Both the position numbers and the translations under genes were made by a program. A DNA stretch of 64,000 nucleotides from positions 14,322,001 to 14,386,000 of the forward strand of contig NC_043014.1 in assembly GCF_006345805.1 (NCBI RefSeq), read 5' to 3'. The DNA comes from Octopus sinensis (taxonomy: Eukaryota). Below the pieces are notes generated by a model that worked only from the letters and a program-made list of their open reading frames with translations, ran no database searches and was not told the DNA's origin. Below, one piece after another: positions 10,738 through 24,145 of this stretch; positions within the stretch are counted from its first letter, which is position 1, and every line of letters starts with the position of its first letter.

Positions 10738-11431
10738 CGGCACGTACGTACACAAGTCCGGTAGAAGACACTTGATCAAGTTGCTGTGCAGTGGGATCGA
10801 ACCCGAAACCACACGTATTTGCAAATCGAGCTTCTTTACCACACAGCAATGCCTAATGATCCATGTCTTTCCTGTACTGTATCCGCTTTAATTACCCCCA
10901 GATGTGTGCATTAGGTGGCCAGCTGGCAGAATCGGTTGCGCGTCGGATGAAAGGCTTGGTGGCATTTCTTCCGATTTTTTTACATTCTGAGTTCAAATCA
11001 CACTGAGAGCCGACTTCGCTTCTCATCCTTTTGGGGTCAATAAAATAAAGTATAACTCAAGTACTGGGGTCAATGTAATTGACTTGTTCCCTTCCATCAA
11101 CAATTGGTGGCCTTGGAGCCCTTTTAAGGGCGTCCTGTTGAAGGGGAGTGCTGTTCTCTCGGTCACTCGTACGACATGGAAACTGGGTAACGAGCTTTAT
11201 GTGCACTTGGAAAAATATGCATCTCTCTCTCTCTTTCTCTCTTTCATTCTTTCTTTCTTTCTTTCTTTCTTCCTTTCTTTCTTTCTTTCTTTCTTTCTTC
11301 CTTCCTTCCTTTCTTTCTTTCTTTCTTTCTTTCCCTCTCTCTTCACACATGCACAGATACACAGACACACTCACACACACGCACAAACACACGCTCGCAC
11401 ACACCAACGCGCACGCTCTCGCACACACTCG

Positions 11432-11463
<32 letters not shown>

Positions 11464-11718
11464 TAGACACGCACATCCTGAGACGTACTCCCACGCAGAC
11501 ACAGACTAACACACACACATACAGACAAACACACACATACACAGACACACACTGACTCTCACTCTCTCTCTCTCACACATACGCACACACACACGCACAC
11601 TCACGCACACCCTCAGACATACTCACACACACACAAACTCACTATCTCTCTCTCTCACACGCTCACACACATTCACACACACACGCACACACACACACAC
11701 GCGCACACACACACACAC

Positions 11719-11770
<52 letters not shown>

Positions 11771-12001
11771 AACTCAAGTCGTTGTCCCTCGATTTACACG
11801 GCATTCAATTTGAACAGCCTTGGTTTTCTTTTGCTTTTCGCCCATCGCTTAGAAATACCAATTCACCATTTTTTTTCGTTTCCTTTTCTGTTTTTCATTT
11901 TCCTTTCTTTAATTTTACTTCTACGCTATATTAGCAACTAATTACTTCCAATTATTTTTTGTCTAAATATTTTATTAAATATTTTCTTTGTTGAACATCA
12001 G

Positions 12002-12301
12002 AGTTTCAAATGTCAAACTCCAAAACAGACAAAATCGATTTCTCTGCGAATAAAAATCAAAATATTAAGCCAACTTCAAAATGGCATGCACATATCTCAT
12101 GCCATGTAAAATACGAAGCGTATTGCTGCTGGTGTTGTTCCTGTTCTGTTGCTGTTGTTTATTTTTAACCCGAGTCAGTCCAGGATCGAACACCTATGAT
12201 CAAAGATGGAAGACGTTCTTGTCTTTTGTTTACCGACACTATGTATTTAGAACTACATTAGCCGCTGTGTCTATGGCCTTTTCAACACTATACGGAGTGA
12301 T
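12002..12301 (+). other. Candidate upstream (probably non-coding) exon
   Basis: Unique sequence with a pyrimidine tract and AG at 12000-01 and a GTAAGG donor at 12302. Not phase-compatible with the sulfotransferase coding exons. Confidence 0.2.
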
Positions 12302-12656
12302 GTAAGGAAAATAGGGCTGCTCTTTCAAACGGAACAAAGGACTGAGTTCAGGATCTCTCGTTAGCTTGTACAGCCGACAAGCAACCTGATTGGTTAAGAT
12401 GGTGGATAGCTAATCCATTAAATGTGTGTATGTGGTATGTGTGCATGTCTGTATGTCTTTTGTGGGTTTAGTAATGTGGGGAGGAGAAAGACTAGAAAGA
12501 GAGATAGAGGAGTGTGAGATGCAAGTAATGGGAATGAGTGAGAAAGATAGTTAACGAAAAGAGAAAAATTAAGAGGGACTGACAGCGAAGTATATGATGA
12601 AGGTAATGAATAGGATGGACGTTGTTACATAAAGTGAGAACGAGAGAAAGAGAGGG

Positions 12657-12701
<45 letters not shown>

Positions 12702-13184
12702 AAAAGAGAAATAGAAGGAAAGAAGGAGAGAGTTTGATTGAGAAAAAGAGAAAGAGAAATAGAAGGGGAGATAAAGAGAGTTTGATTGAGAAAGAAAGAA
12801 AGAAAGAAAGAAAGAAGAAAGAAGGGAAGAAAGAGAGAGAATGGGAGAAAGAGACAGAAAGAGATAAAAAGAGAAATAGAAGGAAAGAAGGGGAGAGAGC
12901 TTGATTGAGAAAGGGAGAAAGAAGGAGAAAGAAAAATGTACTGTACTGAGAGATCAAGTCCCTGTATATCACATGGCAAAGTAGAATGAGCAGACGATAT
13001 ATCACATGACAAACAAGAGATGCAGACAATGCTATTCTGTTCGTTACATATGGTTTTATTGCATGCTAAGGTTAGTTGTAATCTCATTTAGCTGCTGGTT
13101 ATATGACAAACATTTAGTAAAAATACTGGAGAGAGAATAAAAGATATTGTTGGTCTGTTATCGAGTCGGAGGCGTAGTGACCCG

Positions 13185-13930
13185 ATTTACACATACATAC
13201 ATGTATACATGTATACAAACGCATATGTAAAAATACATAAATACACACATACATACTCTTGTGTTTTTCTCCGTCACAAGATATGAATGAGAAAGGAAAG
13301 GGTGATAGATGAATAACATGTATACATGCATATAAACACATATACAAAAATACGTAAATACACACACACATACATGCATGCATACATACACATATATAGG
13401 CAAACCTCAACCAATGTCGTTTCGCGTTACGTCTTTTTCGATTTAACGTCGTTTTTGTTTTCAAGGAAATTAATGAAAAAAAAAAAGCATTTCGACTTCA
13501 GTCGATTTATTCGACTTTCCGTTGGATGACCAACGAACATATTTAAAAAAAAACTTTTGTGTTTTTCTCCGTCACAAGATATGAATGAGAAAGGAAAGGG
13601 TGATAGATGAATAACATGTATACATGCATACAAACGCATATACAAAAATACGTAAATACACACATACATACATGCATGCATGCATACATACATACACATA
13701 TATAGGCAAACCTCAACTTATGTCGTTTCGCGTTACGTCTTTTTCGATTTTCCGTCGTTTTCGTTTTCAAGGAAATTAATGAGAAATAAGAAAGGCATTT
13801 CGACTTCAGTCGATTTATTCGACTTTCCGTTGGTCATGGCGAACATATTTTAAAATCATCTACTATAATAACACTCTTGTGTTTTTCTCCGTCACAAGAT
13901 ATGAATGAGAAAGGAAAGGGTGATAGATGA
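13185..13930. repeat. ~300-320-bp tandem repeat (about 2.5 units), possibly internal to a Helitron-like element reaching ~14280
   Basis: TTGTGTTTTTCTCCGTCACAAGATATGAATGAGAAAGG recurs at ~13258, 13558 and 13878. Confidence 0.75.
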
Positions 13931-14535
13931 ATAAGGAAGGAAGGGGTGATGGCAAATTGGTAGCGGGATGATGGAAATTGTATGGTGAAAAAAAAATGAA
14001 ACAGCGTTTCAACTCTGTGTGAGTATATGAGTGTGTAGGTAAAAGGGAGGTATGTGAATGTTTGTGTGTATGTGTGCGTGTGATGGAAGTGGGATGGTGA
14101 ACATTCAACGCTGAAAAGAAAAGTCAAACAGCGTTTCAACTCTGTTTGAGTATATGTGTGTATGTGTGTGCGTGTACAAGAGAAGTATGTAAATGTTTGT
14201 ATGTGTGAACCAGCGTTCTTTCGGTAACAAATACTACAATTAGCCGTCATTAATAAAAAAGATAGTAATAATAAAAATAGAATAATAAAATGCTAAAATA
14301 ATAAAAATGAAATGATAGTAATAAAAATAAAAATAGTAAAAAAGACACCTCCAAACCAATATTGAAGAGGAAAACGAAGAAAAATAAATAAGATACATGT
14401 GGAAATATGTACAAAGTATTTATTAAAACGTATGTAAGCTAATAAAATTTTAAAAATTCTTTTTCGTGTTACGTAGTTTTTGGAGTTAAGAATGTCTTGA
14501 AACCAGTTATCGACGTAAGTTGAGGTATGCCTGCG

Positions 14536-14628
<93 letters not shown>

Positions 14629-17064
14629 GGGAGCATTCCTGGTTTTGTGAGCCGAGGAGCCGTAACACTGCTGAAGAAAGATCTAAACAAGGGAAATGTA
14701 ATAGATAACTTTAGGCCCATCACTCTGCTTAATGCAGACTTGAAAATTTTGGCCAAGGTGCTAGCCAAGAGGTTGGCGCTTGTCATCGAGAAACTGGTCG
14801 ACAGGGCGCAAACATGCGCCGTGCCGGGCCGGACCATCCATGACAACCTCCACCTGATGCGCTACATCATAGACAGGGTAGTTAACGAACCTGGCATGGG
14901 TGGGGCGCTGATCAATTTGGATCAATCGAAAGCTTTCGATAGGGTAGACCATCGATACTTGGAGGCGGTCCTCAGAGCGGCAGGCTTCGGTCCCGTCTTC
15001 CGCGGCTGGATAGCCGCTTTGTACAGGGGCATCCGTTCGGTAATTCGCGTGAATGGACATCTATCGAGACCCTTCGACATCGCACGTTCGGTCCGTCAGG
15101 GATGCCCCCTCTCGTCGCTTCTATACGTATTGACTCTCGAGCCATTATTGCGGAAGCTGGCAACTTTGAGGGGCATCCCGCGAGAACTGGGATGCGGGAC
15201 GAGCGTGTCTGCATACGCGGACGACGTCACCGTCATAGTGTCTAGCCACGAGCACATCGAGCAGGTCGGCGAGACACTGAAAAACTACGAAGCGGTGACA
15301 GGAGCGAAAATCAACCCGGAAAAGTCAGTGGGCTTGCGACTAGGCACCTGGAGAAGCAAGCCCATGCCGTCCACCAGCGCCTCCGTCGTGGGACGCTGGA
15401 CCGACGGCCCGGTTGAGTTGCTCGGGGTCTGGTTTGGTCCGGACCTCCAAGTGGAGAAGAACTGGAACGAGATAACGAGTAGGGTGGTCACTCTCGCCCG
15501 GCAATGGGCCGAGAGGAAACTGTCCCTAAAAGGTCGGGCGGAGGTGGCGAACACGTACATCGCGTCTGTCATCTACTACCGCCTGACCGTCGTACCTTGC
15601 CCCGACCCTACCATCACCAAACTACAACGCATTCTCTTTCGCTTCTTGTGGAAAGGATGCGTCCCGATGGTCAGGCGATCCATTTGCTGTCAACACCTGC
15701 TAAAAGGAGGGCTGGGCATGCCGTGGTTGATGATGCGCAGACACGCGCTGAGACTGCGACATCTCTGGCTCTATGTAGACGACGGTGAACAGGTGTGGTC
15801 GCCGTTTGTGAGGCACGCTTTCCCGCAGCTCGCCTCCATGACCGAACTGCAGTCGTGGATCAAAAAGAGGCCGAGGAAGGGCGAATGGCACCGCGAGTGT
15901 CGCGTTGCTCTCAAGCAACTCTGCCGTCCCGGGTCGACCTTGAGTGACTTCAACACAACCAAAGCATTCTATAGGGGATTAGTGGAGGGGGTACGACGAC
16001 GAGCTCGGGGCGAACCTGGACGTCGACGAGGAGTACCTGACCCGCCTGTTCAGGACGACTTTCGGGCCAGGGCCCATGGACAACTTCCAGAGATCCCTGG
16101 CCTGGCAATGCTACCGAGAAGCGCTACCCGTTCGGGATAAGCTCTACAGACACGGCTCGAGAAATACGGGGCCGACCTGCCCGAGATGCGGTCAGAGCGA
16201 CGAAACCGTTCTGCACGCACTCGTGCATTGTCCAACAATTCCCGACCTGTGGGCTTATGTCGAACAACTGCTGTCACGTGTGGGACGAGTCGGTTTATCA
16301 GCTGAGTCTATCGTCAATATTGTCACGCCTCCTTCCTTCAAACGGGAAGGAAGAGCTATTTTCATCATCCTTGTGGCTATGGCGAAAGAATGTATCTGGT
16401 AGACGCGTCTGAAAGGATTAGAGACAAACACTTTCCTCTCTGGTCAATCTCTCATCAACTTCTTCAAGTACCACTTGAAAAGGAAAGTGAGAGTAGAGAG
16501 GCAAGTTTTGTCTAGCGAATGTTTTAAAAAAAGATGGGTGAATGTAGCAAGGATGGCACGTATGAATGACGAAGCCACCTTGAGCATAATCCTATGAACC
16601 CAGAAATTGAAAACAGAGGGTTACCCACTTGCAAACAAATGTGGTAACATATAACAATATTGACCAAGGTTACCGTGGTCTTTTTCGTAGGCTTTTCTTC
16701 CAACGGATAAACCTTACTTGCTTTCCCCTTTACACCATATATCATAACACTGTGATACACGATCCCTATTGATCGTTCTTTTTTTTTTCCTCTTCCCCTT
16801 TTTTTCCCCTTTTTTCTTCTTTTTTTCATTTCTCTTTCCTTTTGTTCCTTTTCCTTTTCTTTTTTTTTCTTTTTATTCTTTTTATTTTATTCAATTTTTT
16901 TTGTTTTTGTTCTTTTCTTCCCTTTTACGATCCCTCTTGATCGAAAACCTACGCCACCCCCCTTTTTTTTCTTTTGTTTTTTGTTCTCTTCATCCCCCAA
17001 AAGAAAAGCTCTACCTTGTAACTTGTCCCATCTGTGTGCAGCCCTGCGTGGCCAATAAAGAAAC

Positions 17065-17066
<2 letters not shown>
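14629..17066 (+). mobile_element. Tx1/L1-clade LINE, copy A: 5'-truncated ORF2 (RT, thumb, zinc knuckle) plus 3' UTR, flanked by (ATCT)n on both sides
   Basis: FRPITLLNADLKILAK, LDQSKAFDRVDH, VRQGCPLS, YADD and CPRC..ETVLHALVHC motifs. A 2-bp deletion at ~15990 and a TAG at 16400 relative to copy B; true stop at 16595-97. T-rich UTR, AATAAA at 17054, (ATCT)n at 14537-14628 and 17067-17143. Confidence 0.93.
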
Positions 17067-17143
<77 letters not shown>

Positions 17144-17300
17144 CTTGTACAACAAAACGTACCCCAACGACCAACCACATTGCACTGACTATCGCTTGTA
17201 TTTCCGTGACCATACAGCAATGCTGCGTATGTTTTATACGTATACGAACCCATCAAAATGGGAGCAGTGAACAGAGAAAATACAAAGGCACTTGATCCTA

Positions 17301-17436
17301 ACAAGCGACGCAGACAAGTGTATTCTCTACAGGAAAAGGGTAGAGTTGATCAAGAAAATGCATAGCGGGGAAGCTTTGCTGCTGTGAGCTGCGAGTTCGG
17401 TGTCAATCAATCTACTATTCATTCCATTTACAAAGT
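17301..17436 (+). mobile_element. Tigger/pogo transposase N-terminal (CENP-B-type HTH) remnant
   Basis: Frameshifted KRRRQVYSLQEK-VELIKKMHSGE-FAAVSCEFGVNQSTIHSIYK. Confidence 0.6.
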
Positions 17437-17449
17437 GCATGGAGACGAT

Positions 17450-17835
17450 TCATTTATCACTCATTCTAATTTCTTTATTGCCCACAAAAGGCTACACACA
17501 GAGGGGACAAACAAGGACAGACACACGGATTAAGTCGATTATATCGACCCCAGTGCGTAACTGGTACTTATTTAATCGGCCCCGAAAGGGTGAAAGGCAA
17601 AGTCGACCTCGGCGGAATTTGAACTCAGAACGTAGCGGCAGACGAAATCGCTATTTCTTTACTACCCACTAGGGGCTACACACACAGGGGACAAACAAGG
17701 ACAGACAAAGAGATTAAGTCGATTACATCGACCCCAGTGCGTAACTGGTACTTAATTTATCGACCCCGAAAGCGGAATTTGAAAATACTGCTTAGCATTT
17801 CGCCCGGCGTGCTAATGTTTCTGCCAGCTCGCCTC
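17450..17835 (-). mobile_element. SINE family C, tandem partial units
   Basis: Same tail-to-body tandem junction as 7555-7904. Confidence 0.8.
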
Positions 17836-18055
17836 CTTTCATTTACTACTCATTCTTGTATTGCTGTGTTTTTTAACCAAACACCCGCGATAAAAGAGGA
17901 TAGATACAGTGGTAGCTCCGTCCGACGTTTGTATATACATAATACATGTCATACACATCGTTACGACAGTTTTAATGCTTATTTTCTATCTTCACAGTTT
18001 ACTGGAAACATCTGAGAAGACAATCTGCCAAAGAACTATAATCGTTTGGAACAAC

Positions 18056-18220
18056 ATGATTCTTCGTAAAAGCACCAAGATCCTCTTTATGGTCATGATA
18101 TGCTCCTACAGCTACATTCTCTTCTATATTAACAAAATTATTCAGAAACATCCGACCAACCTATCAATATTCCAACACTATTTCAACAACAGATACTTTC
18201 ACCAAAGCGATGAACTGCAG
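18056..18220 (+). CDS. Galactose-3-O-sulfotransferase-family gene, coding exon 1 (type II signal anchor)
   Basis: Acceptor TTTTCTATCTTCACAG at 17997, ATG at 18056, MILRKSTKILFMVMICSYSYILFYINK... for 55 codons, then a phase-0 CAG|GTAAAA donor at 18221 that matches the phase-0 acceptor at 24145. Confidence 0.75.
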
Positions 18221-18306
18221 GTAAAACATAATCGTTTATATTGATTTCTTGCATGGAGAATAAAAAGATGCCTCAGTTAGTGAGGAATAGGGATAATTAG
18301 CTAGAT

Positions 18307-18655
18307 CAGGGGTTCTCAACCATTTATTATTTACGGACCCCATTGATTACTTTATTTTATTCGTGTGAATCCCCATAGCCATTCAATTTTTCGAAACCTT
18401 TTGTAGAAGCTTCTTTCAAAATTCCTATTTTGCTTTTCACACATTCACTTGTGTAGGTTGAACTATGCAGAATGTAAGAGAAAGAAACCCAGCTGTTTCT
18501 CGCAATACACACCAACGCATACATCTAAACTAAAATTTTTCATGAGTCTTTAACACACTATCGTGGATTCCCAATTTGCTATTTTGTTACGTGAACCCCC
18601 ACAAAATCTTGTATGGATCCTCTAGGGCCATATGGACTCCGGTTGAGAACAACCA
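18307..18655. mobile_element. hAT-type MITE
   Basis: TIRs CAGGGGTTCTCAACC / GGTTGAGAACAACCA and 8-bp TSD AGCTAGAT / AGCGAGAT. Confidence 0.75.
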
Positions 18656-18992
18656 AGCGAGATCGACCTTAGTTCTTAGCTGGTACTTAGATGTTTTATT
18701 GATGCTCAGAAGAAAAAGCTAGGCAAAGTCAACTTCAACAAGGACTGAAGTCAGAAGATAATGGTTCGTAATAATATACTGTACATAGGCGTAGGAGTGG
18801 CTGTGTGGTAAGTAGCTTGCTTACCAACCACATGGTACCGGCTTCAGTCCCACTGCGTGGCACCTTGGGCAAGTGTCTTCTACTATAGCCTCGGGCCGAC
18901 CAAAGCCTTATATATATATATATATATAATATATATATATATATATGTCTATATATATATACATATATATAGGTGTGTGTTGTGTGTGGTGT

Positions 18993-19297
18993 GTGGAGGC
19001 GCAATGGCCTAGTGGTTAGGGCAGCGGACTCGCGGTCGTAGGATCGCGGTTTCGATTCCCAGACCGGGCGTTGTGAGTGTTTATTGAGCGAAAACACCTA
19101 AAAGCTCCACGAGGCTCCGGCAGGGGGTGGTGATCCCTGCTGTACTCTTTCACCACTCTTTCTCCCACTTTCTTCTGTTGGCCTGCTCGCTTAGCCAGCG
19201 GAGTGGCGTCATTCGAAGGCTAAAACAATGCGAACGCATTGTGACCAGCGATGTGTAACTACATCTGATGGACTGGTCGGTCACGTGATCACGTGAT
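18993..19297 (+). mobile_element. SINE family B, full length, tail type 1
   Basis: tRNA-like head; ends GGTCACGTGATCACGTGA. Inserted after a family A 5' fragment (18788-18908). Confidence 0.85.
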
Positions 19298-20008
19298 ATA
19301 TATATCAAAATATATATTCAAAATTATTAAAGCAGGTGTGGTTGTGTAGAAAGTTCATTCTCAACCACATGTTTCTGAGTTCAGTCATAATGCGCGACGA
19401 CTTGGAGACAAGTATCTCCTATTGTAGCCTCGGGTCGACTTTAAATGAATCTGGTAGACTGAAACTGAAAGAAGATCGTCGTGTGTGTGTGTGTGTATGT
19501 GTGCGTGTGTGTATGCGTGTGTTTATGCGTGTGTTTATGCTTGTATTTATTCCCCACTTTTGCTTGATAACCAGTGTTAGTTTGTTTCGGCCCGCGTTAC
19601 TTAGCGGTTCGGCAAAAAAGACCCATAGAATAAAAAGCAAGCTTAAAAGTAAGTACTGGAGTCGACTTTTCGATGAAACCCTTCAAGACGGTACCCCAGG
19701 ATGGCTGCAGCAGAATGTCTTAAATGAATAAAGTTAAGGGCAGAAAGCAAATTAATCGTTTTATTAATTAGTTTCCCTGAAAATAATAATTTCTTACATA
19801 GAAATAAAACTAGGAAATTGCGAGCAGGGAACAGACGATTAGATTGGACCCCAGTACGAGAGAGGTGCTTAAAATTGCAGATACCGAAAGGGTGAAAGCA
19901 AAATGCCAACTTAAATGCCAACTTGTCCACATAGGTGGAACTCGGAATGTGAAAGCCAGAATATGTCCTGTGTGGCATCTGCCAATCTTTTTTTTTTTTT
20001 AAATTTAT

Positions 20009-20311
20009 GCGCCCTTTTCAAGCCTAGCCAGGCTCATGGGCCCGGTTTCCCGGTTTCTGTGGCGTATATATTCCCCCCAGCTGGACGGGATGCCAATCCA
20101 TCGCAGCGTTACTCAAGAATCAGGAAGGAAGAGTGAGAGAAAGTTGGGGCAAAAGAGTACAACAGGGGTCGCCACCACCCCTGCCGGAGCCGCGTGGAGC
20201 TTTTAAGTGTTTTCGCTCAATAAACACACACAACGCCCGGTCTGAGAATCGAAACCGCGATCCTCCAACCGCGAGTCCGCTGCTCTAACCACTGGGCCAT
20301 TGCGCCTCCAC
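20009..20311 (-). mobile_element. SINE family B, tail type 2
   Basis: Collinear with 2475-2770. A headless copy lies at ~22010-22190. Confidence 0.85.
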
Positions 20312-22622
20312 ATCGGCCAATCTGCTGCCTTAACTTTCATTGAAAATTAGTCTTTAATTCTTTCTACTATTTGAACAAGGCTTGAGAGTTGGGAGGAGGA
20401 GGAGGAGGGTGATGGTCGATTACGTCGATCGCAGTGCTCGACTGCTACATATTTTATTGATCCCGAAATGATTAATGGCCAAGTTAACCACAATGGAATT
20501 TAAACTCAGAACGTGCAACCGGAAGAAAAGCCGCTAAGCGTTTTGTCGGGTGTGCTAATGATTCCGCCTGCTAACTGTCTTGTTTTCATTGAAAATAATA
20601 AAAGCAGAAATAAATCTTGATTTTAAAGAAAACTTTAGGAAAGTAAGCCGCGTTTGACATTTATGAAGCAAACTTGATACTTGTTAAAAGTCAAGTTCGG
20701 CAAAAAATCTTACTACTTGTAACAATAATTAATTTACTTCTAATATATTTAATGTAACGAGCGTTGAAAGTCTAATTATAAATAATTAAGTGGCGTAGGA
20801 AAGATTTCATTAACTCAATGACTGCGGTAATTACGTCAGACAATTGTGTACATTTTTCGGTGATATTAGACCTCCCCAGTGAAGTATAGAATTCACGGTG
20901 TTTATCTTTTATCTTTTACTTGTTTCAGTCAATAGATTGTGGCCTTGCTGGGGCACAGCCTTGCAGAGTTTTAGTCGAGTAAATCGATCCCGGAACTTAT
21001 TTTTTAAGTCTAGTACTTATTCTGTTTGTCACTTTTGCGGAACCTCTAAGTTACAGAGACACAAACACACTAACACACACATACCTGCACATGACGAGCT
21101 TCTTTCAGTTTCCCTCTACCAAATCCACTCACAAGGCTTTGGTCGGCCCGAGACTTTAGTAGAAGACATTTGCTCATGGTGTGACGCAGTGGGACTGAAC
21201 CGGGACCGTATGATTGGGAAGCAAGCTCCTTACCACATATCCATGCCTAAAACAAAGGATAAGGTTCCCGCAAGTCTGGAACACATGACCTTCTGCCTAT
21301 TAAACAGTTGTGCTAACCACTACACTACTTGCTGAATTAGTGATGAGAACGTTATTACGTGGATGTTTAGGATAATTCAGAACTCTCTTTATCATTTAAA
21401 TGACGTGTATATTTTGTTGTTATTTTGGTTATATAAATATATTAAAAATTATATTAGCTATTTTGCCTGGAATATCTTTTGATGTATATATCTTAGAAAA
21501 ATGCCATCATCAAAAGAGGAGAATGTTCTGCTAATTCTTTCTACTATAGTTACGAGGCCTGAAATTATAAGGGAAAGGCTTGTCAATTACATCGACCCCA
21601 CTGCCCAGCTAATACTTATTTTATCGACTCCAAAATGATGAAAAGCAAAGTGGAACTCTTGAAAAGCCTGAAGAAATGTTACGAAGTATTTTGTTCGATG
21701 CATGAACAATTCTGCCAGCTCACCCCTTAGTCAATGTCCTAGTTATGGTGCGGCAGTTTGGCCGAGATCTTACTTTCTTTCAACGTTATTTGCCACAAGC
21801 TCCCTGCACATTATAAAGAGAAACGTTACATTATTTTTCACCATTGTAGATAATTGTCTTCTCATTTAGCTTAACACATTCCTTGTTCAAGGCATTTTCA
21901 TAGATTCTTAAATGCCAGCTTGTCCACATAGGTGGAACTTGAACTCAGAATGTGAAAGCCAGAATATACCCAGTGTGGCATCTGCCAATCTTTTATTATT
22001 TCCTTTTTATTTATGCGCCCTTTTCAAGCCTAGTCAGGTTCATGGGTCCGGTTTCCCGGTTTCTATGGCGTATGTATTCCCCCCAGCTGAACGGGACGCC
22101 AGTCCATCGCAGCGTTACTCAAGAAACAGGAAGAAAGAGTGAGAGAAAGAAAGTTGAGGCGAAAGAGTACAACAGGGGTCGTCCACCCAACCATGCTTGT
22201 TTTTCAGACTTTTAGTTAACCTTTGTTTCATACATTCTGAATAGTGTAAAGTCCAAAGTTACTCTGGTGGTCGGAAAAAATTGGAAAGGTGAACCATATA
22301 TCATGCAAAGACGCTAGGGAAATGCATTCTGTGTATCATATGTGATACAAAGGACCAGCAAATGGTTAAGAGGGGGGGCCAAAGACTGACACTAAAATTA
22401 CGTTTCTTGTTGCCAAATTAAGTCACGGTAGGAATAATATAATGTGTATGGTGACCAGTGTAAAGACTAATGACAAAGTAGTGGCGAGCTCCTTGTATAT
22501 CGAGTACTGAATTCGGTTTCATTTGCCTTGGAATTATTTCATTGCTGGTAAGTCGTTAATTACCTTGAGTGAGGGGAAATGTATGATCATTGTGAAAGAT
22601 TCCATCAATTGTTCTTTAATAC

Positions 22623-23117
<495 letters not shown>

Positions 23118-23482
23118 TATTTCTGCTGCTTCATTCCAACGCAAAAGCTGTTTTTCAAATCAGGCAAACATTATCTGAGACAGAGCCTGAAAAAAGCCTG
23201 ATGTCTAAAGGAATGATATCAATGGTTTCCTACCGACTCACCACCATTTTATCAACAGTCATCCAATTTATGATTTAATTATCCTTTACATGGTTCAGTC
23301 ATTGGACTGCGGCCATGCTGGGGTACTACCTTGAAAGGTTTTAGTTGAACAAATCGCTGCCAATACTTATGCTATTTTAAAGTTTGGTATGTATTCTATC
23401 AGACACTTTTGCGAATTGCTAAGTTATGGGAACGTAGACAAACCAATACTGGTTGTCAAGTTGTGGCTGGGTTGGTGGTGAT

Positions 23483-23529
<47 letters not shown>

Positions 23530-24145
23530 CACACACACACACTCACACACACAAAACAGGCTTCTACACAGTTTTCGTCAGCCAAATTCACTCACAAGGC
23601 ATTGGTCGGTATGAGGCGTTAGCCACTACACACATTATTTTCTCTCCTTGTTTTTTTCTGTGTCCCTTTCTGTAGAAGAGCGTAGGCTCGAAACGTAAAA
23701 GACTTTTTTCTATTCTTGAGCGTTATACTTATACAGCTGTTTGTTTTGTACACCTCGTGTCTTCGTCTTTTGTTTTTTTCGTAAACTCTCCCTATAGCAG
23801 AAGACACTTGCCCAAAGTGCTGCGTAGTGGGATTGAACCTGAAACCGTATGTGGTTGCAAAACGAACTTGTTAAGCTTGCTAACCACACAACCATAGCTG
23901 CACCTATTGTTTTCTTTTATAGCTTATATGCGTTTATTATTTTAGTATTATTATGTTCTGGATAAAAATCCCTTAACCCTATTAGGTGTGATTATTATTT
24001 TCCTCCATTTTCTGTAAGTATGTTTGTGCCTCTTTTTGTTTTCTTTTATTCTCCATGTTCCTCAATGCTGTCACTGACACATTCATAAATCTCAATTTTC
24101 CTTCTACCTGTGATAATAAATCAATTTTCTTTCTTCCTATTTTAG

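Noticed and set aside
12081-12305. 74-aa ORF with a hydrophobic Cys-rich stretch as the sulfotransferase signal anchor
   Set aside because: Its donor is phase 2, whereas 18056-18220 supplies an anchor with the correct phase 0.
14527-14628. N-terminal (YLSI)n extension of the RT ORF
   Set aside because: It is the (ATCT)n flank read in frame, not part of the element.
22542-22553. Perfect CTG|GTAAGT donor inside the sulfotransferase intron
   Set aside because: The upstream phase-0 frame is closed by TAG with no ATG, and no clear acceptor is seen.
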